Source: Proteromonas lacertae
Taxonomy: Eukaryota
DNA: 64,000 bases
Assembly (NCBI GenBank): GCA_002245135.1
Contig: NGBS01001177.1
Coordinates: forward strand, 1 to 64,000
Reading direction: 5' to 3'
Below the pieces are notes generated by a model that was given only the letters and a program-made list of their open reading frames with translations, did not search any database and was not told the DNA's origin. Both the position numbers and the translations under genes were made by a program. Shown piece by piece: positions 21,922 to 34,107 of the stretch. Position 1 is the stretch's first letter; the number at the start of each line of letters is the position of its first letter.

Positions 21922-24900
21922 ATGAAAAGAGCAAGAAAAGACAATTATCTTCCAGATGCAAAATATGTGAAGTACTCACAATATCTACCTATATCTTTTA
22001 CAGTATATATAATGTCTATTACTTCTTTAGAATCTAATTAACAAACTGGATATGATTGAGAAAGCTGTAGCAATTGCACATAAACTAAAAGTGTTGCCAA
22101 GTATTAAACTAGTATTGGGAACGTTAAATACGAAAAGTGAAATTATTTCTGCAAATGATATATATGTGATTAATTATATATGTCCAGATGTACTTAAAAT
22201 TAAGATAGATGATTCTGATGATATTTCAAATCAAATTGTTGAATTGAGTACTCTGAGATTGAATAACAAGGTAGTTGATAGAAAAGAGGTATTAAAAAAT
22301 AAATTGTCTGAATATTTCTATACAAAATACGAAGAATATATGAAAAAAACAGATTTACCAATGTATAATCATCTTTTTAAATTGTATTTTTTAGAATTGA
22401 AGGAAGAATTGATAAATCATTTGATATAGAAACAGTAACGCTTCCAAACTTAGATTCCGATGGAGAATTCAATTTGCACTCAACTTCAAAGTTTTTTAAA
22501 AAACCGACAAGTGTAATAAACATTGATAATATATCAGATTATATCAAATCTCAGCCATTTTATTATGATCAAATGATTTATCATGAAAGAATCCCACCTA
22601 AAGAAGGTAGTTATATAAATATTCCATTATCTCCAGTATAATTCTTATATATGTTATTATTGTTATTAGATTACAATGAATTTATTGAAAAATAATGGAA
22701 TTACCCAATTATATTCACATCAAGCAAAAGCAATTACAGAATTAAAGAATGATAAAAATGTAGTAATTTGTACTTCTACATCTAGTGGAAAATCTTTAAC
22801 ATATATTATTCCATCTATTGAGAGATTAATAAAGACAAGAAAAGGAATAACATTGATTATATATCCACAGAAAGCTTTAGCTCAAGATCAATATAGATCA
22901 ATAACAAATCTAATTCATGGAACTTTAGATAATATAATTGTATAAATAATTATATATATGTTTTTATTTTATTTTATTATTAATAATAGAAATGTGGTAC
23001 ATTGGATGGAGATACTCCTGAAAAACAAAGAAAAGTGATTTTAGACACATACAATGTAATATTAACAAATCCAGATATATTACATTATACAGTATAATAT
23101 TATATTGTTATTTTTATATTCGTTTAGATTATTAGACAACATAAAAAATGGAGTAGATTATTTGAAAATGTTCAATTAATTGTTATTGATGAATCTCACG
23201 TGTATAATGGTGTATTTGGAACTCATGTTGCTTTTGTACTGAGAAGATTTTATAGAATTTGTTTAACTTATCATTCTAATCCACAATTTCTTTGTTGTAT
23301 ATATATTAATTTTTATTATGAATTAGCTTCTGCTACAATTGGTAATCCTGAAGATCACAATAAACTGTTATTACCAACACTGTCAAATCCAGATTCAAAA
23401 TTTGTATATATATATTTACATTTATTTATTATGTAATGTTATAGAAATCAAGAGAAGTTGTTATTGTTACTGAAGATGGTGCTCCTCACTCATATAAAGA
23501 CATTATATTTTGGAATTCATATAATACAGTACAGAATCATGATCAAAAAGAAAAAGAAAAAGAAGTAAAAGAGGAAAAAGTAAAGGATAATGAAGAAGAA
23601 CTTACTGTAGTTAAAGATGATAGTATTTTGTTTTTTTATGGTTATATTTGTTAGATGAATCTGATGATAAAGAACCAGTAGCTGTTTCTACATCAATTAT
23701 ACAACAATGTTCATATTTAGTAACTGCATTAACTTTAGCAAATATCAAAACATTAGCATTTTCAAATTCTAGAAGAATTACTGAAATAGTTTTAAAAATA
23801 GTATTGAAAGACATAGCCAATACAAATAAGAAGCTTTTAACTAAAGTAACAGCTTATCGTGCAGGTTATTCAAAACAACTTCGTCATGATATTGAAAATA
23901 AACTATTCAACAATGAATTAATATCTGTTGTTTGTACTAGTGCATTAGAATTGGGCATTGATATTGGTGAATTAGATTCAACTATAATTGCATATATATA
24001 TATATATTTTTTTTTTCTTATTATATTTTTTATTAGGTTGGTTTTCCTGGTTCTGTTTCTAGTTTTTGGCAGCAAATAGGAAGAGCTGGAAGAGGTAATA
24101 AGAAAGGAAGTTGTGCTATTTATTGTGCATTTAATTGTCCAGTTGATTCTTATTATCAAAAACATCCTGAACTATTGTTGAAAGGAGAACCAGAATCGTG
24201 TATATTAGATATTGAAAATGATGTATATTATTATCTGATATATATTTATTTATATTGTTATTAGTATATTCTCTCTTTACACCTGAAATGTGCAATATTA
24301 GAATCTCCATTATGTGAATATGACAAAGAGATATTCGGTAGTGGTTATGAAAAATGTATTGAAGAATTAATTAAAGAAAAAGAGATAATGAAGATAAACA
24401 GTAATGAAAGAAAGATAGTAACAGATTTAGGTAATGTATGTTATATGTCAATAAACAAAGTCATACCCAAGTTTTCATTAAGATCAGTTGATAAATATCA
24501 ATATTCAATATTTACAGAAAAGTCATCCAAAGCTAAAGCAATAGATCAGATTGGATGTTCAACAGCATTATATTTCCTGTATGTTGGTGCAATCTATAAT
24601 TATCAAGGTAAAACTTATATTGTTAAAGAATTAGACACTGATAAACACCATGCTTATGTTGAACAAATACATCCTCCACCTTATTATACAGTATCTAGAG
24701 ATATTATTGACATTTTTACATATGAACCAAAGATTTCTACAAATGATAATACAATTAATTTTGGTAGATGTACAGTTGAAAGATTTGTTTATGGATATAC
24801 AAAAGTTGATTATAGAACGAATAAAGTTATTGAGGTGATAAGTCAAGAATATCCAAAAATATTACTTCCAACAGATGCTGTTTGGATTGTAATACCTACT

Positions 24901-25409
24901 TCTGTATATATATATATATGCTTTATATATTCTTTTATTGATTTATTGAAATAGGCAATTGAAGAGATTAAATCGTTAAGTTTAGATGTAATAAGTGGAG
25001 TTCATTCTTTAGAACACTTGTTATTGAATTTAATACCACTTGCAGTACATATTCATCAACTCGATTTAAGAACTCATTGCTTTAGTGATGATGATGTATA
25101 TATATTACCATCAATTATTTAATTAATAGAAAAGATCAACAACAAATCCAATTATCGTATATGATTCGCATGGAGGAGTAGGAATTTGCTCTATTTTAGT
25201 CTATAAAATACCTAGACTTTTGGAAATAGCGAATGAAGTGCTTCATAGCTGTGATTGTGTTGATGGATGTTTGAAATGTATCCATCACGTTGGAGTATAT
25301 AATATTTATGTTATTATGTGTATTATAGTGTACTGAGTTCAATGCTAGAATATCTAAAGCTTCAGCCAAAATAATCATTAAACATCTACTTAGAATAATA
25401 AAAGGATGA
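21922..25409 (+). CDS. HRQ1: HRQ1-like DEAD/DEAH helicase with C-terminal DUF1998 Zn-binding domain, multi-exon
   Basis: LYSHQAKAI, TSTSSGKSL, YPQKALAQDQ, TNPDILH, IDESH, SATIGNP, TSALELGIDIG, QQIGRAGR, CDCVDGCLKC...C. Confidence 0.92.
23990..24036 (+). other. GC-AG intron in HRQ1
   Basis: GCATAT...TTATTAG (47 nt, phase 0). Removal gives DSTII|VGFPGSVSSFWQQIGRAGR; no suitably placed GT donor. Confidence 0.75.
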
Positions 25410-25850
25410 ATAACATAATTATTTCATTGTTTATTATTACTGTATTCTTTTTGGTTGAATTGATTGGAAAAGTTGAATTACAGAAATATACATAAACTTA
25501 AAAATAGTATTTGTTTTTACCAATATTTGAATTGTAACTACAAGTCTATACTTATATAAGCGCATTAAGTGTTTCCATTCATGTCAAATGCTTTATTTTG
25601 GATCTAAAACTATGTATATACTATGTTTCATATATTTTTATCACATCAAATAAAAGCAAATTATAGTTTTAACGATTATTTATATTTTCAACTAAATGAC
25701 ATTACACATGTCAAGATAAGTCAAAATCTATTTTCGCTTTATATCTCTATATATAAGCTTTATTGGTGATTAAAATATTTAATTCATTTTATTGTGACGA
25801 CATAAATATATTTCAATAAATAATATCACTTTAAAAACTATACAATAAGA

Positions 25851-27757
25851 ATGACAACAAATACAGATAGTGCATTAAAAGCTCCGCCTTTACAAACTCC
25901 ACCACCAAATTTAAGTTCAAATAGCAGTGAAAGTATAGTTAAATAGTATATAATTTAGGTTCTATTAAATCAAACCATAGTAGAGGTTCATCTTTAAATC
26001 AATTAGTATTTCCAGACTCTACTCCTCCTCCATCAAATGTATCTTTCAATCATGTAGAAATAAAAAGACAAATTTCAACAAATCCTTTTTCACCTTCACC
26101 TCCACTTGATATTAAAAAAGAATTAGAGAAAAAGGATGATGAAGATGAAGATAGTGGAGAAATAAAAGAACCAAGTGATGAAGATGATTTTCTATTACCA
26201 AAAATGAATCAAAATAACAATAGAATTAACTTCCCATCAAATCATTATTTATCATCTTCAGCTATTCCTCCACTACAAGGATCATCAACAGTTAATCCGC
26301 CTACTGTTCCACCACCACCAACAATATCTGAATCAGATTTAGATTTTCCCATTCCAGATCCAAAACTATCACATTCATTACCAGTAAATATGGATTCAAT
26401 GTCAATCAAATTAATAGATAGAAGAATCAAAACAACAGAATATGAATCCATAAAATATACAAATAAAAGAAACAAAATACCAGAATATCTACAAAATCCA
26501 ACAGTTATTGTTCATAATAAGTCAATAAAAGAATTTACTAATCCTATATTAATTCAGGATATAGAATGTCAAGAAGGAAGTATAAATGTAATGAAATTCA
26601 GTAGAGATGGAATGTATTTAGCTAGTGGAAGTAATAATAGTATTTTAACTGTATGGAAAGTAATTGATAGAACAAAAAAGAAATTCAAAAACCAATCATC
26701 TTCTTTACTGAATAGAACAATAAACACAAATTCAAATAATAACAGTAGCAATATAAACTTAATAGAAGAAATTCCATTTCGTAATTATGTTGGTCACAGA
26801 AGTACAATTATTGATATTTCCTGGTCAAAGAATTATTTCATTATCACTGCAAGTCTTGATAATACAATTAGATTATGGCATTTGAGTAAAACTGAATGTG
26901 TTTATGTATTTCCAAATAGTAATTTAGTTAATTGCATATGCTTTCATCCAAGTGATAATAATTATTTTTTAAGTGGAGGTAGTGATAATTATTTAAAAAT
27001 ATGGAAATTACCAGAAGGTGAAGTAATTCATAAGATTTTAACTCCAAATATAATAACAAGTGCTGTGTTTAGTCCAACAGGTAGGTTTTGTATAGTTGGA
27101 TTAATCAATGGAAAAATGATATTCTATACATGTGATAATTTAATGTATTATACAGAAATAGACTGTAGAAACCGTAGTGGTAATTTCTCTGATGGAAGAG
27201 AAATAATTTCAATGAATTTTTGTAATACAGAGAATGGATATGAGATATTGGTGAGTAATACTGATAATAGAATAAGATTATATAAAATAAGTGATTTTTC
27301 ATTAGAATGGAAGTATAAAGGTCATATATGTTGTAATAATTTAATAAATAATAATATGAATAGTATAAATAATAAAATAAACGGTGGAAATTTTGATAAA
27401 AATTCTGAGTATGTTATAAGTGCTTCTGAAGATGGTTTTGTGTATATTTGGAGGACAAAGAATGAATTTAATGAAAAGAGTATTTTCAATGTATTTGGAA
27501 AGAAGAAGAATAGCAATAAAAGTTATGAGAAATTCAAAGTGGTGAAGTTAAATGAAAGATTGAATGTGAGTATATTTGCTCCAATAAATACAATTAAAAA
27601 ATATAATGAAGATATGATGCATAAGATAAAATTGTATGATAAGAATTTGAAAAAGGCTGTAGATGTTGATGTTGGGAATATTATATTAATTGCTAGTGAT
27701 AAAGGTCATATTAGGATATATGTTCAAAATACAGATCCTGTTGTCCTGTATAAATAG
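25851..27757 (+). CDS. WDR44: WDR44-like WD40 protein
   Basis: MKFSRDGMYLASG, PFRNYVGH...DISWSKNYFIITASLDNTIRLWH, FHPSDNNYFLSG, DNRIRLY; one short intron near the start. Confidence 0.85.
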
Positions 27758-27891
27758 ATAACATTTGCTATTGACGTTTTATAAAGTGTTAATGTTATTG
27801 TTTTTATATGTATTTTGATTATTTTTTTCAAACACCAAGTCAAAATGATTTAGTAAGATATTCCTATTTAAATTCTTTATTTGCTTTTAAA

Positions 27892-29575
27892 ATGAAATCT
27901 AGCAATAAAAGAACATTAATTCCAGTATATTCTATCTCTTCATTGCATTTATTATTTGTATTTAGGATAATATTGTTATTCCAGTATTATTTACTCTCTT
28001 TAGTTTATTATTGAGATGGTTAATATCATTAGGGAAATATTCAGGTATAAATTAATGATAATATTGATTTAGGTTATGGAAAGCCACCAATGTTTGGTGA
28101 TTATGAAGCACAGAGACACTGGATGGAAATAACAGTTCATACTCCAATTGGAGATTGGTATCGTAACACCACAACAAATGATTTATTGTATTGGGGATTA
28201 GATTATCCACCTTTATCATATCTTTTTGATTATTATACCACTTATTATTCTTAATAAATATAGTGCTTTCGTATCATACATATATGGATTAGCATGTAAG
28301 TATTTTGATCCAAAAATGATAGAATTAATGACTTCACATGGTTATGAATCAATAGAAAGTAAGTTATTAATGAGAATATCCGTTATAATAAGTGATATAC
28401 TATTCTACCTTCCATTCTGCTATATATTCATCAATATAACGAAGAAATATGATAATAATTTTGATAAATATATTCACTACTTAATTCTATCTATATTTCC
28501 ATCATTATTGCTAATTGATCATGGTCATTTTCAAGTATAATAATAATAATAATTATTATATATTTATATATATATATTTATTTAATAGTATAATTCAATA
28601 TCATTAGGTTTATCATTTGCTGCAATTATTTGTTACTATTTTGATTATGATGTCATTGGTAGTTTTTGTTATTGTTGTTCAATCATGTTCAAACAAATTG
28701 CATTATATTATTCGCCAATATTCTTCTTTTATATATTAATAAAAACAAGAAAACAAAAGATTCCTTTATTATATCTTATGAAAATAGGAATGACGGTAGT
28801 AATTACATTTTTACTTCATTTTTTACCGTTTTGTATATATCACAGTGAAGATGAAACATGTATAAGTTCAATTTTACATGTAATAAAGAGAATGTTCCCT
28901 TGGGATAGAGGTTTATATGAAGATAAAGTCTCTAATATATGGTGTACAATATCAGTAATAATTAAACTAAAATATTATTTATCTCCACAGAATTTGAAAT
29001 TATTATGTAGTGTAACAACTTTGATATTTTTATTTCCATATATTTACTTACTCCACAGAAAGTATAATTATAATTTATATAATTTATTTATTTATATTTA
29101 TAGATTTAATCATGTTAATTTTATAAGATGTTTATTTGGTAGTTCTCTAGCATTTTTCTTATGTTCTTATCAAGTTCATGAAAAATCAATTCTATATAGT
29201 AATATACCAAATTTACTGTTGTTTTTAGAACATCCTTATTTTACATTTTACTTTAACATTTGGTCTAGTAATTCAATGATTAGTTTATTGTTGAAAGATA
29301 ATCAATTACTTGCTTATATTGCTATGAATATGATTTGGTTGATTATTGTTATTATATATGGTGAAATTAATAATTCAAAAATTCCATTACTTTATAATTT
29401 ATCTGTGATTGTTTATGTTGTTATTTATACTATATTCTATTTTGTTAAACCTCCAGAAAGATATCCTGATTTGTTTATTTTGGTAAATAGCTGTTATAGT
29501 TGCTTGTTATTTGGAATAAGCTATTTGATGGAGTTGATATTTATGATGAAAGAAACAAAAGTGAAAGAAGATTAA
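27892..29575 (+). CDS. ALG6: Dolichyl-P-Glc alpha-1,3-glucosyltransferase, multi-exon
   Basis: [71 protein letters not shown]. Confidence 0.95.
28218..28263 (+). other. U12-type AT-AG intron (46 nt) in ALG6
   Basis: ATATCTTTTTGA...TTCTTAAT-8nt-end AG. Removal restores [13 protein letters not shown]; there is no GT between the motif and the acceptor. Confidence 0.8.
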
Positions 29576-29735
29576 AATTTTATTTATATTATTATGTTAT
29601 TTATGGTATAGCATGTAAATAACATTTCAAAATATTCTTTAGTTAGTTTGACAAAGAGTTAGTTCGTTTTTTGCATAATAGAATTAAATAAAACGAATAT
29701 ATTTTTATAAACTTTTCAAAATTTAATTTGCGAAA

Positions 29736-30290
29736 ATGAAGCACACTGATGATCCTAATCCCAATCCAATACAGAATTCTTTTCATTCAAGGAGGAGTAC
29801 CCTATCTCCACCCAAATTTTGTATGCTTACTTGATTTATTAAATGATATTAGTAAATAAAAGCATATCTCCAAATATATCCCTTTTATCAGTATAATTAT
29901 TTTATAAAATATATAGTCAGGCGAAAACTCCGTAATTTCAGAAGAAGATTTTAAAACATTAGATAACCAATCAATGATTGTATGAAAATAGTTATGATAC
30001 TATAATATAGCTTGACAATTGTGTTAACAGACTGCAGCAACTAAAGAAACAAGAAGAAATAAAATATATAAATAATGATAGAAAAAGTATTGTTTGTTTT
30101 GCTTATATTATGATAGCTCACTCATGGTTAGAATATATACTGATAATTAACATATTATATCTTTTTTAGAAAAGATGTTATCCTTTCTATAGTTGATTTA
30201 ATTCTCTGTACAATAATAGTTTTATTCGTTGTGTTGTATCTGTTGGATCAGAAGGATTATTTAACATCTCGTGTAGCATTGCCATCTTAA
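29736..30290 (+). CDS. Small coiled-coil tail-anchored membrane protein (6 exons), KASH-like C-terminus
   Basis: Four GT-AG introns plus one AT-AC intron (30157-30211) give an open frame ending YILIINILIIVLFVVLYLL-DQKDYLTSRVALPS*. Confidence 0.55.
30157..30211 (+). other. Candidate U12-type AT-AC intron (55 nt)
   Basis: ATATCTTTTT...GATTTAAT-9nt-end AC. Removes an in-frame TAG and completes a 19-aa TM helix. Confidence 0.6.
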
Positions 30291-30385
30291 TTTTAGTTAA
30301 TTCTAGTTTTTTTATTGTTTTATGTATGTTTTTTCATTTTAAAATGTCAAGCCTTCAAATGTTTCAGTTAGTATTTAAATAAAAA

Positions 30386-32358
30386 ATGAATGTAGATCCT
30401 GATTTAGAGTATGAACAGCCATTAGTAATAAGTTATCCCTATGGTAAAACTTTTTTCCAGAAGGATGAGGAATTAAATGAGGATTATTTCTATAAATCTG
30501 TAGAAGTAAATCAGATTCAACAGACATCCATTAACATGTTGAATGAAATATCTAGAATTAATCATTTAAACTGTACTAGTATTATACAACCTCAAATATC
30601 CAATGGAACGCTAACAGTGTCATCTCCAAAGTATTTTGGAGGAAATCTCAGAGATGCAATAAATAATGCAAATCACAGCATTGGATTTTCTGAATTCGTA
30701 TATATTCCATCAATTATTACCTTAATAGACAATACTCTCATGGTTACTAAATATAGTCAATGGATTAAAGTTTCTACATCACAGTCATTTCCTTCATCTC
30801 AATTTGAAGCCAGAAAATATACTATTAACAATTCAAGATATGGCTTTGATTGATATAACTCCAAATATTCCAACTCTCTATCATTTATTTAAGTCACAAA
30901 ACCCATCATCATCTATCCATTCACCCTACAAACTAATAAATTCACATTCCTTCTTCTCATCTTATACTAGTAAAGAAATATTATTTAATTTATTATCTTT
31001 TGATTCTACGGAATTAGAAACGTTAATAAAAACTAATATAATCTCAGAAAAATCAGATATTTATAGTTTAGGTGTTATATTATATGAATTGTGTTGTTTT
31101 CAACTTCCACCTCCTTGTAGAAGAGATATGTGTCAAATCCCAATAAGATATACAAATGAATTAAACGAATTGGTAATAAAATTAATATATGATGCAAATG
31201 AAATAACTTTAAATGATATAATGGAGATGGAAATTGTGCAAAATCATATAAGTTGTATAGATATATATATTTATTATTATTATTAAATAGTATTAAATGA
31301 ATATTATCGAGAACCGTTAAATGATATGAGGAATAAAGTTGAATCACCTGTTCATCGTATATATATTTATAATTTATTATTAACAATCAATAGAAACTCG
31401 ATTATCGAAATATTCCGCTTTCTATTTATTAAGTAATCCTTCCAAATTGGAACAATTGTGGAAAAGTAATACGTTTTATATTCATAATGATATTATCACT
31501 TGTTTTTATAGTGAACCTTCAACAATAAAGAATTTATTACAGTTTTCATTCGGTTTAAATATTGTTTTAGATGTCTGGAGTTTATGTAATGAATTAGAAG
31601 ATAAAATAACAGAAGTATTAATCCTCTATGATTTAATCGAACAAAACTACAATCATGACAATTTAATGATAATTAATAATTATAATCCACTCATACTGAG
31701 TCACATTTATACACTCAGACCAAATAAAGACATTCAAAATATACTAAAAACTAGTCAGTTATCTTATATACAGAAGTATAATATTGTATTAGAATTAGGA
31801 AATGGATTTTTCAATGAAAATGAAGATGAAATTAATAAATTATGTGAATTAGATTCAGCAATAATACCACCTCATTTTTCTTCTCTTTTAAAAAGTGATA
31901 AGATTATACTAAATGATGAATTGAATGTATTAATATCAGCAGGATCAGATGAATTTAGATATGCGTGTATCGAAAACTTTCCACTAACTGGAAAATTCAA
32001 AATAAATTATGAAATAGTGGATGGAGATAACTGGTTATCAATAGGAAGTGCAGTTTTACCAATAAAAGATTTAGAACCTTGGGGATCTCATAATTTATCA
32101 ATGTATATATGTGGACCAATGTATGGATTATATCCTGGTGGAGTGTTATACAATAGAGGATCATTAATACGACAGGATTTATCAATAGCCAATAAGAATA
32201 TGGAAGTGTTGTTTGACATGGATAAAAATGAAATGGAGTTTTTTATAAGTGGAAAGAGGAATGGTAAATTGAATATGGGTAATGATTTGATCTATCCTTG
32301 TATTATATTATATTCTTTAAAGAAACAAGTAATAAAGATAAGTATTGATATTTTGTAA
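30386..32358 (+). CDS. NEK-like pseudokinase with C-terminal SPRY/B30.2-like domain, multi-exon
   Basis: HLNLKPENILL in place of HRD, no DFG, EKSDIYSLGVILYELC; C-terminal FDMDKNEMEFFISGK...IYPCIIL. Confidence 0.7.
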
Positions 32359-32517
32359 ATTTGTGTTTTGATTAATAATAATTATAATAATGAATTTATA
32401 TTAGTTGAAAATTATTTATTTTGTTGTGTGTTTTATAAATGATTTTTATTACATAAAACAACAATAATCATATACTAATAAATAATAATAATAATAATAT
32501 TTATAGTGTTGGTTTCT

Positions 32518-33760
32518 TTATTCGATTACTATAGGATAAACACATTGAATTCTTTTAATTTTAGGATTATCTAAAAGTATCGTAATTTTACTTTCATTCA
32601 AATCATATATTGAAGTACAAAGAGTATATCTTCTCTTCACTCCTCCTCGATAAATTGGCCATTCAGTATTCTCAGTATCTCCTAAGACTGCTAATGATTC
32701 ATCAATTGTTTTTGGTTTTGGTAATTCATCAGCACGTTTTTGTCTATTAACAGAACTCTCATCAACATCCATCGGAATCTAAAATAATTAAAATAAAGAA
32801 TATTATATACATCCATAATATTATAATTATTTGCATGAAAGTGAGGATTACCTGGTGATGGCTGGAAGGTTTTATATACACCATCTGTAGTAACTTCAAT
32901 ACATAATAACTTCTTCGTTCTAGCATCCATTAATTGGTAATTCCTTCCACACATTTGCTTTTTCATTGTGATAGTTTCTATAGCTTCATGCCATGATTTT
33001 GCATCTAATAATTTTCTTGCAACTAACATTCTTGATAATCCGTTATTTACTATTAAAAAAATTTGTATATATATATACTGAAACTAAGTGGTTTCACATA
33101 ATTCATTGTAAATAATATTCCATTGTAATTCCATCCAAACGCATTTGTAGCTATTTGACCACCATAGATAGCAGCTACGAAATGACTTTCCTTAACATTG
33201 TTCTTATATATTGTTATATCTGCTAATGCCATATTTCCTACAGAACTATAAGATCCATCTTCGTTGTGACAGATATGGATGGAATTGTCTTCCATAACAG
33301 CATAATCTGAACAATGAGTATCAGGAATGAACGCATATTCACCATGTAACAAATAACTAAATTCTTCAGATAGTGAATATAAAAATAATTCATGCAAATC
33401 AGCTTCAGAACCTTCTATTTAGGAATTAATAATAAAAAAATACCTGCTAAGCCTTCAAACTCCTCCATATAATCAGGAAATGCTTTTTTATTAGCTTCAT
33501 ATAATTCTTCAAACACTTTCTTACCTTCTGGTGTATTATACCAAGGAACCATCTTTCCTCTTAAATTACTATCGGCATTTAATGCATTATGTACTTGTGT
33601 TTTCATTTTCTTACCCAACTACAAATAACTTGTAAGAAATATACTTCAATTCCAGCATCTCTGTGACTGTTAGCAACTATTGTTAGTTGTGGTACATCAG
33701 GCATATGATCACTATACCAATTATCACATAATTATACGGATTAAAATGAGCTACTGCCAT
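32518..33760 (-). CDS. Peptidase C45 / acyl-CoA:6-APA acyltransferase-like Ntn hydrolase, multi-exon
   Basis: FPDYMEEFEGLA, HCSDY (catalytic Cys), CHNEDG, FGWNYNG, HFHANNY, YTLCT. Confidence 0.85.
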
Positions 33761-34107
33761 TTAAAAAAGAAAATGAATCTAAAAAAAATGAAACGAATAA
33801 AAAACGCAGAAACCGTAGAACCGAAACGACTACTATTTTAGTTACTTTATTTTATCAAGATATATTCATAGTAGAATTGTGATTCTAATATGCTTGTTAC
33901 TATGTTTTAGCTCAATAGATTCAAATAATATGAAATAATCACAGAGTTAGTTAGTATATTTTTGTTTTAGCTTCTTATTGCAGTTTTATATATTTTGTAG
34001 TAGTTTTTGATAGAAAATACGATATTTATGAGATATTACTCATAAATAGTGAGTTTTTACATATCTATTTTGAAACAAGCCTGGTTTGTCACTCAACATA
34101 TTTATTG

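Noticed and set aside
30133..30169. AT-AG intron with U2-like ATATAT donor in the small gene
   Set aside because: Gives the same frame, but the 30157-30211 AT-AC model matches the shared donor and the 9-nt spacing better.
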